A stretch of DNA of 30,470 bases. Source: Bacteroidota bacterium. Its GTDB lineage: Bacteria; Bacteroidota; Bacteroidia; J057; JADKCL01. The stretch lies in NCBI GenBank assembly GCA_031375795.1, contig JANMIM010000558.1, positions 1-30,470 of the forward strand, read 5' to 3'. The position numbers were made by a program, and so were the translations under genes. Below, in pieces: positions 24,053 to 30,470 of this stretch. How positions within the stretch are numbered: position 1 is the first letter of the stretch; every line of letters begins with the position of its first letter. The notes under the pieces were generated by a model. The model made no database searches, was not told the DNA's origin, and worked only from the letters and a program-made list of their open reading frames with translations.

Positions 24053-24293
24053 GCAACCATCCGCCAAACCCCATCTTGATTCACCACCGTGTCGATGCGA
24101 GTTTGGCGGATGGTTACATCTATTCCCTGCACGGAACAGCCAAACTCAACGGCATCGACCCGCAAGCCTGGCTGACAGAAACCCTCTCCAAAATATCGGA
24201 TCACACCATCAACGTGATCGCAGAACAGCTGCCCATGGCCAAGGTGTAAACCTTTGCGGGACTTTTAGTAGATGGGGTTGGGCGGATGGTTAC
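24053..24293 (+). mobile_element. Degenerate IS66-family remnant / MITE-like element with terminal inverted repeats
   Basis: 24053-24075 GCAACCATCCGCCAAACCCCATC matches the reverse complement of 24271-24293 at 21/23. A second right-end copy lies at 24101-24117 (16/17). No 8-bp target duplication found. Confidence 0.75.
24118..24249 (+). pseudogene. tnpC: C-terminal fragment of IS66 transposase TnpC
   Basis: IYSLHGTAKLNGIDPQAWLTETLSKISDHTINVIAEQLP matches the IS66 C-terminal pattern YSLI.TAKLNG.DP.AWL..VL..I..H....I.ELLPW. No start or upstream domains. Confidence 0.85.
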
Positions 24294-24415
24294 AGCATTG
24301 TGGGAACTATCTTGAGTTTTTTCAGGAACGGGCTGAGATTCTTTGGGATGTTTTGCGTAGGGTGAATCAGCCGTATTGAGGTTTTTGCCGACTTTACTTT
24401 AATACTTTCCACGCA

Positions 24416-24434
24416 AAGCCCCACGATGGGGCTT
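24416..24434. terminator. Hairpin AAGCCCCA-CGA-TGGGGCTT, possible terminator for the minus-strand 181-aa gene
   Basis: Perfect 8-bp stem about 120 nt downstream of the stop codon; the U-tract is weak. Confidence 0.35.
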
Positions 24435-24473
24435 CGTGTCTTAGCCTAAGTTCCATAGAAGTTATTTTGAATC

Positions 24474-24541
24474 TCCCAACGACTCGGCTAAATGTAGTAG
24501 CTGACTAATGGAGGCTGTTGATATTTTAGCTTCCGTTATAC
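24474..24541 (-). other. attC-like imperfect inverted repeat immediately downstream of the 181-aa gene
   Basis: Minus strand GTATAAC-GGAA-GCTAAAAT...ATTTAGC-CGAGTC-GTTGGGA. AAC/GTT cores each have one mismatch to the RYYYAAC/GTTRRRY consensus; inner arms pair with a one-base bulge. Confidence 0.35.
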
Positions 24542-24554
24542 ATGGGCTTCTTTT

Positions 24555-25100
24555 CTATTTTTCAATTTCAACTACTTGTTTTATTATTTCACGTAATTTA
24601 AAAACTACGTATTCCTTATCTGAATCAGACATGATGTGGTAACCCATATTTAATTTTCTACCATTCTTTAGAAAAAAATATCTCTCTTTTTTACTCAATT
24701 CATTTATGTCGATTTCAAGAAATGCTGCCGATGTGGAAATTCGCACCAATTCTCCTAAGAAGTTCAATGCTTTATTCTCCCTTTTCCATCCCAGATATTT
24801 CACCGTTTTGTCAACATCAAGATCAGTGTATTTTATTTTGATTGGTTTTGAAAATGCACTTCCTTGGTAGTCGAATTCAGCACCCTTATCGTTAAAGGTA
24901 TACAGAAAATTCCACCTTTTTACTTTGTAAGCCATATAAATTATCGGAAGGCCAAAAATTGTAAACATCACCATCCCTAGTGTTATTAGAAATGATTCAC
25001 TCATATAAATTCCGCCACCAAGTAGCATCACGGACATAATGATTATTCCAGTTGTTGCCTTAAAAGCAGGGGTTTTAGGAGGCTTAATAATTCTTTCCAT
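24555..25100 (-). CDS. Hypothetical membrane protein (two N-terminal TM helices, soluble basic C-terminal domain)
   Basis: 181-aa AT-rich ORF with hydrophobic segments TTGIIIMSVMLLGGGIYM and FLITLGMVMFTIFGLPIIYMAY. No family recognised. Confidence 0.75.
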   Translation of the reverse strand: MERIIKPPKTPAFKATTGIIIMSVMLLGGGIYMSESFLITLGMVMFTIFGLPIIYMAYKVKRWNFLYTFNDKGAEFDYQGSAFSKPIKIKYTDLDVDKTVKYLGWKRENKALNFLGELVRISTSAAFLEIDINELSKKERYFFLKNGRKLNMGYHIMSDSDKEYVVFKLREIIKQVVEIEK

Positions 25101-25186
25101 TTTTATGTACTTTTCATGTTTAAAAAAGCTCTTTTGAAAAATGCGATTTTGATTTTCATACTACAACATTGGTTTCTACAACCTTT

Positions 25187-28156
25187 TCAAGACATCGCAC
25201 TCCCTGCCGATAATACCTCATCAATTATTTGCTGAATTTTCCTATTGTTCAATTGTGCTTGAAATTCAACCTTGTAGCCATCTATCTCAAGTTGGTTAAA
25301 AAAGACCCTTGCACAATCGATCTTGGCTTGTTCTGTCCCCCTAAGCGTAGTCTGATCCTCAACGTCCTTAGTTTCTATCACTATATTCAAGACCTTATCG
25401 CCATTGGTCTTCCTCACCACATACATAAAATCGGGGCTGTATGACTGACCTGTAATCGTGGGAATTGCGATGCTCCTCTTCGGAATCTTTGCATAAACGA
25501 TAATCTCCTCAATATTTACGAAAATGTTGTCTTTTTCTAAAGGAGAGTCATAGGCATATACATCATACAGGTATTTATCAGGTGGGGTTCCCTCTACGAA
25601 TTTGGTCCCTATAACGCCCTGTGTGATCTCGGGCTTGGACGTGCCATCTGAAAATGTCAGTGCAGTTGCTCTTAAAGGCAGGTTTGCCTTGGAGTAGCTG
25701 AATCTCCCACTCAAATTATTTACCTTCCAATCTTGAAACAATCTTACAAAGTTGGCGGCAGTTTGCTCATTGATTTTTGCCGAAGGAACAATACTTTCTT
25801 TACTATACTGCAAAAAGACTGAATGAAGCAATTGAATAGGCAGATTTGTTTGGCGACTAATGCGTTTCAAAAACTCATTGTAAGGCAAAGGCTTGCTAAT
25901 TTTGTACTGCACGCCAGATTCTTCCATCAATGTTGCCTTTGTACCTGACGTATTTAATTCCACACGTTTACTTTCAATGTAAACATCTGAAAAAACACCC
26001 TGCTCGAAAAATTCCATTAGCTCATTAAAAAGAAAATTGTCCTGCTCTACCCGTTCATAATGCAAAATATATTTTCGATTTATTTCTTCCCAAAGAGTTT
26101 TCAGCTCACTATAAACTGCGGCACGGATAACGATCTTCTTATCCTTCTTTTTGTTGCGATCTACCACTTTATCCTGCTTTAGACCAACAGCAAACTCTGG
26201 GTATTCCTCAAAAAACTGAACGCTGTTTTCTGGTCTTATTTTCTTGATGTGATCAATATACTTCTTGGTCAGTAACTCCACAAACAATTCATCAAAATCC
26301 ATATTCCTTTTAACGGCAACCTCAGTGATCTTTTCGTAGGAAAGTATAAATCCTTGGGGCAAATCTGAATTGATCTCACTAACCAATTTTTCAGCAAAAT
26401 CGGCTTCTGTAAAATCAATGATGTAGTTTAGTTTAAATTCTTCATTGGAAATGCGGTTACCAAACTCATCGACTGGCAAACGCAAACCCCTACCAACTTC
26501 CTGTATTTTGCTAGTTTCGCTACCACTGCTGCGTAGCTTGGCAATGGTAAAAACATTCGGATTGTCCCAACCTTCTTTGAGCGTCCACTTAGAAAACAAA
26601 AACCGAAGGGTATTGAAACTGCCATCCCTATGCCTGAGAGACAGTAAGGTTTTCTTATCATACAAAATCTGCTCAATTCTTTTTGCTATTTCATCCTCAC
26701 TGTTACTATTGTCCTGTGAAAAATATCCCTCATGGGCCTCACGAATATTTAATTTTGTCGCCAACAAGTATTCTTTGTATTCACTTTCATGCTCGGTGAG
26801 TGTTGGAATGACGGCATCTATTTTTTCCGATAGTAATCGTTCAAAGGCTTCCTTGAGATAGGGTTGCTTCTCCTGGCCTTCAATTACACGATACGAAGAA
26901 ATGTCATCGATAAAAAATAGCGCCAAGGTCTTAATCTTACTGTTTCTGGTAAAATTAATCTTTTCCGATTCGAAGTGGCGTTCCAAGGCAAGCCGAATCA
27001 TGCTTTCCTGGTAGGAGGTTGAATAAATATCCGTGCTAAATTGTTCACCTGTGGATTTTACCTGGCCGTTGGACAATTCAACTGAACTGGAAGTAATTCC
27101 GTCGATTACTATGCCCTCTAGTTCTGGGGCAATTATTCCCAAGCTGTCTCCCTTTTTCAATTCAAAGGGTTTTGTCGGGCCATCTTTTTGAATGAGGTTC
27201 AAGCGTACAGATGTTTTGCTTTGTACACTCACAATCTTAACCTTATCCTGTTTCTTGCTTACTGGCTCAAAATGTTCCTTGGCAATTCCTTTGATCAAGT
27301 TTTGGTTGAATGCCTGAAAAGAGTTCAGATCATACAACAGGTTATGATAATCCTTCCGTTTTAGCTTGGCTTTGCCCTTGCCTGTTTCTATTTCGGGAAA
27401 TGTTGCACCAAATCGGATGATTGCCTGTGGGCAAATGTTCTTTTCGATGAACTCGTAGGCTTTTTGCGTTTTGCTGAAACGGTGTGGTTCATCAATGATG
27501 ACAAAGGGCTTGGTGGCCTTGATGCCTTCAATGGGTTTGTAGAATCCTTCTACCCCATAATCGTAGGTATCCGTCAACAATTTTGAGGTGCCGCCCAACA
27601 GGCTCATGTTCGTAAGCAGCACGTAAATTTTATTCATGTTTTGGCTGCTTCCCGCTACAAACTCCCTCACGACACCTGGAAAGTAGTTTTTGCCCTTTTT
27701 CTTTTTAGCAGCTTCCAACACAAGCAAATTCAGTTCTGTACCATATCCGCATTGGTCTTTGAAATGCCGCTTGGAGTAACCATCCTGCATAAACTGTTTG
27801 GCGCCAGCTTTAATGGCGAGTGTAGGCACGACGACGATGAATTTATTTATCCCATACCTCTTGTGTAGTTCAAACATCGCAGCGGTGTACACATAGGTTT
27901 TACCCGTGCCCGTTTCCATCTTAACATCCAAGTTGAGGTAGCTGCCTATTGCGTTGTGTGCTTTATGGTCAACCGCTATGGCATTTTCCTTTTGCACTTG
28001 GGCAAGATTGGTCAATAGGGCCTGTCTGTCTAGCTGGATTGTAGGATTTTGATAGTAGAGGCTGTTCTTCTCGATCAAATCTACATTCAGTACATTGGCT
28101 ATGGACATGTACCCTGTTACCTGATGGGGCAAATCATTTTTTAGTATCAGTTCCAT
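25187..28156 (-). CDS. res: Type III restriction-modification endonuclease (Res subunit), EcoP1/EcoP15I-like
   Basis: LDVKMETGTGKTY (Walker A), IIDEPH, FSKWTLKEGWDNPNVF, QEVGRGLRLPV helicase motifs. C-terminal YSPDFMYV...IVIETK PD-(D/E)xK nuclease. Starts 5 nt after mod. Confidence 0.96.
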   Translation of the reverse strand: MELILKNDLPHQVTGYMSIANVLNVDLIEKNSLYYQNPTIQLDRQALLTNLAQVQKENAIAVDHKAHNAIGSYLNLDVKMETGTGKTYVYTAAMFELHKRYGINKFIVVVPTLAIKAGAKQFMQDGYSKRHFKDQCGYGTELNLLVLEAAKKKKGKNYFPGVVREFVAGSSQNMNKIYVLLTNMSLLGGTSKLLTDTYDYGVEGFYKPIEGIKATKPFVIIDEPHRFSKTQKAYEFIEKNICPQAIIRFGATFPEIETGKGKAKLKRKDYHNLLYDLNSFQAFNQNLIKGIAKEHFEPVSKKQDKVKIVSVQSKTSVRLNLIQKDGPTKPFELKKGDSLGIIAPELEGIVIDGITSSSVELSNGQVKSTGEQFSTDIYSTSYQESMIRLALERHFESEKINFTRNSKIKTLALFFIDDISSYRVIEGQEKQPYLKEAFERLLSEKIDAVIPTLTEHESEYKEYLLATKLNIREAHEGYFSQDNSNSEDEIAKRIEQILYDKKTLLSLRHRDGSFNTLRFLFSKWTLKEGWDNPNVFTIAKLRSSGSETSKIQEVGRGLRLPVDEFGNRISNEEFKLNYIIDFTEADFAEKLVSEINSDLPQGFILSYEKITEVAVKRNMDFDELFVELLTKKYIDHIKKIRPENSVQFFEEYPEFAVGLKQDKVVDRNKKKDKKIVIRAAVYSELKTLWEEINRKYILHYERVEQDNFLFNELMEFFEQGVFSDVYIESKRVELNTSGTKATLMEESGVQYKISKPLPYNEFLKRISRQTNLPIQLLHSVFLQYSKESIVPSAKINEQTAANFVRLFQDWKVNNLSGRFSYSKANLPLRATALTFSDGTSKPEITQGVIGTKFVEGTPPDKYLYDVYAYDSPLEKDNIFVNIEEIIVYAKIPKRSIAIPTITGQSYSPDFMYVVRKTNGDKVLNIVIETKDVEDQTTLRGTEQAKIDCARVFFNQLEIDGYKVEFQAQLNNRKIQQIIDEVLSAGSAMS

Positions 28157-28161
28157 AGGTG

Positions 28162-30213
28162 TTAGTACCTTACTGTGATGTTGACTTTCAAGTTCTTCTC
28201 GCCATCGTTGAGGATACGAAGGTTTTTCTCGATCATCTCATTGATGCTCCATTCAGGGAAGCTATACCCAAACAGCACCAAATTTTCAGGATTAAAATGC
28301 CCTTCGGCATCGTATTTACTCAAGAGTGCTTTCATGCTATCCAGCGTAAAACCACCGTCGATTAAATACAAATGTTTTTGATGGTGGTAAGCGGTATAGC
28401 CCTCCAATTCAATGGCTTGGGCCGTTTCCGTGAGGCCATACCCATCGGCATTCATCCAAGTGGCCAAAATCGTGGGTTTGCCAAATTCATCCAAAATGCT
28501 CGTTTCCACCAACAAGACTGCCTTATCGAAGCTGACTAATTTATCCAAGGTGTTTTGATTTGGCTCAGAAAGTATGTAGTGTTTGAACCCTAAGTCAAGT
28601 GCGTTGACTGGGTGCTCTTGTTTTATTTTGACTGCTGCTCGTTTGATACGTTCAAAACCTATGTAATCCAACGTGGTAGGCAGACTTCTTTCATGCAGAA
28701 AATCATAAGCAATTTTCTGAGATGCAATTTCTGTCTTTAGAATTTCTGGTAGTTGAACGGATATGAATTTTCTCTTTTTGTTATCTATGGCGTTCAGTTG
28801 CATAATGGAATCAGCAGTTGTGCCTGAACCAGAAAAAAAATCTAATAGAATATCATTCTCTTGCATTACCGAAACAGAGCCTAAAAGCAGTTTGAGCAAG
28901 CTTGTAGGTTTAGGATATGAAAAAAAGCTCTTACCATCAAATAGGTTTTCTAATTCTATTCCTCCGTCACTTTTTAACGAAATGATAGATCGCAGCAAAA
29001 ACTTCTCCACTTCGTCTAAAAAGGTGATAGAGCTTGGTTGTGTCTTATTTTCCTTGTCAAACCATATTCTGCCACAAATAAAAGAGCCATCTGCTAATTC
29101 CACGACTTTTTTATACTCTCCATTTTCTATATTGGCAGCTTCGTCAAATGTTTCTTTTTTCCAGCGCCAGCCACGATCTGGGACTTTTACAGCCTCTCCC
29201 GTTTTGGGGTGTTTAATTTCATATCTTGGCCCAAAAGTTTCTGCATTGGGCCAGCTCATATTAATTTTTCCCCAAAGCCGATAATCATCAGTCAGCGAAT
29301 TGTAAAGAGTTATTCCTCTATCGTATCCTTTCTTTTTGTACAATCTTTTTATCTCATTTTCCGCATCGATAATTGGCGTACTATTACGCTTTAGCTTTGC
29401 CAGAAGTTCATCAATTTCTTCTAGGCCATCTTTGTTCATAGTAAACTCATGCTTATGAATTTTGTTCCTGACATACACGAATATGTACTCGTGGATATTA
29501 CCGATACCCTTGTCGTTTTTAGGAATTCTTTTATTCCAACTGATGCATTCAATAAAATTTTCCTCCCCAAAAACATCATCACAAAGTAGTTTCAGATTAG
29601 CTTGCTCATTGTCGTCAATCGAAATAAAAATCACACCATCATCCTTCAATAAATCCCTTGACAGCAGCAAGCGGCAGTACATAAACATGAGCCATGCGCT
29701 ATGCGAGGCTGATCCTCGTTTGGTGAGTTCTAAAATACGAGTTGCTTCTGCTTCACTTACACTGAGCTTTTCCTGTAAGGTCTCTTTGTCGTAATTGAAG
29801 TTGTCAAAATATACGAAGCCGTCAGAGCCAGTATTGTAAGGTGGATCAATGTAAATGCACTTAATGGCTCCGTTGTATGATTTGAGCAAGTGCTTTAGCC
29901 CATCCAGATTGTCGCCACTGATATAGATGTTTTCGCTGTTGGCATTTTCAGGAAGGCTATTGTGTGCTTCGTTGGGTTGTATTACCGTTGTGGTATCCGT
30001 ACTGGCTAACAGCTTTGCATAACTTTTCCCCAAGAACTTTAATTCATAGCCTTCCTGTAAAACATTGGTGGTAGCGGCTATTTCCACCTTAAACCGCTCG
30101 ACATCAAAAGAACCGTCCGCATTAAAGCAGGAAGGGAAATGCTCTTTCAAAGCTGCCAGTTGACGGCTGTTGGGAGTGGTATTTTCGTTTTCTTGAATAA
30201 TGTCCTTAACCAT
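28162..30213 (-). CDS. mod: Type III restriction-modification adenine methyltransferase (Mod subunit)
   Basis: GDNLDGLKHL, IYIDPPYNTG (catalytic), FISIDDNEQANLKLLCDDVFGEENF, YPKPTSLL, LDFFSGSGTT (SAM binding). Beta-class motif order with a central TRD. Confidence 0.96.
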   Translation of the reverse strand: MVKDIIQENENTTPNSRQLAALKEHFPSCFNADGSFDVERFKVEIAATTNVLQEGYELKFLGKSYAKLLASTDTTTVIQPNEAHNSLPENANSENIYISGDNLDGLKHLLKSYNGAIKCIYIDPPYNTGSDGFVYFDNFNYDKETLQEKLSVSEAEATRILELTKRGSASHSAWLMFMYCRLLLSRDLLKDDGVIFISIDDNEQANLKLLCDDVFGEENFIECISWNKRIPKNDKGIGNIHEYIFVYVRNKIHKHEFTMNKDGLEEIDELLAKLKRNSTPIIDAENEIKRLYKKKGYDRGITLYNSLTDDYRLWGKINMSWPNAETFGPRYEIKHPKTGEAVKVPDRGWRWKKETFDEAANIENGEYKKVVELADGSFICGRIWFDKENKTQPSSITFLDEVEKFLLRSIISLKSDGGIELENLFDGKSFFSYPKPTSLLKLLLGSVSVMQENDILLDFFSGSGTTADSIMQLNAIDNKKRKFISVQLPEILKTEIASQKIAYDFLHERSLPTTLDYIGFERIKRAAVKIKQEHPVNALDLGFKHYILSEPNQNTLDKLVSFDKAVLLVETSILDEFGKPTILATWMNADGYGLTETAQAIELEGYTAYHHQKHLYLIDGGFTLDSMKALLSKYDAEGHFNPENLVLFGYSFPEWSINEMIEKNLRILNDGEKNLKVNITVRY

Positions 30214-30459
30214 CTAATACTTCTTTATTAGGTTCTGATTCGTTGATAAACCCGTCCTTTGGTTTAAAGCAACTTTACTGTTGGGTTCTAGCTGATTTTG
30301 AGTATGAGCCAAAACGCTCCAGCGCACCGCGCATTTTGTGTGAAGCGGCCTTTGCAAAACACCCAGATAAACGAAACTTCGTTCCATGTCCCAAATGTAG
30401 CTAACCCAGCCAAAAAATCATATCTACATGCGTTAATCTCGCCAAAATCGCCTGACAAC

Positions 30460-30467
30460 CAAAACTA
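30460..30467 (-). promoter_or_regulatory. Possible -7 box (TAGTTTTG) upstream of mod
   Basis: TAnnTTTG match about 250 nt upstream of the mod ATG. The -33 region is outside the window. Confidence 0.25.
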
Positions 30468-30470
30468 AAG

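Noticed and set aside
28833-28840. Phase-variable simple sequence repeat in mod (A8/T8 tract)
   Set aside because: The tract is short and encodes the conserved DFFSG motif. No long tandem SSR was seen at the 5' end, so there is no evidence for a phasevarion.
30214-30470. Possible gene end upstream of mod
   Set aside because: Hand translation of the minus frames gave only short stop-bounded stretches without recognisable motifs.

Overview
The window looks like Bacteroidota DNA (T9SS sorting domains, PorP/SprF gene, TAnnTTTG promoter box, Gln at +1 of the signal peptides). All credible genes are on the minus strand. Bases 1-20582 form a tightly packed, GC-rich seven-gene run of exported proteins. 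In transcription order: an outer-membrane beta-barrel (556 aa); a 1802-aa TANFOR-like protein with an unusual 16-unit paired-cysteine repeat; a Lys-rich FN3 protein; a signal-peptide protein ending in a phage tail-collar/His-x-His needle-like module; an SprB-repeat protein with a type A T9SS CTD; a DUF2341/PKD protein with a type B CTD; and a PorP/SprF gene cut by the window edge. This is the best candidate for an undescribed surface-fibre/adhesin assembly system, but that function is inference. Upstream lies a TPR-HisKA_2 kinase/LytTR regulator pair. A junction at about 23.9-24.5 kb carries a REP-like hairpin, IS66 remnants and an attC-like fold. An AT-rich block follows, with a small membrane protein and a Type III restriction-modification pair (mod, res). 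No database searches or structure predictions were run; domain calls come from motif recognition and coordinates were counted by hand.
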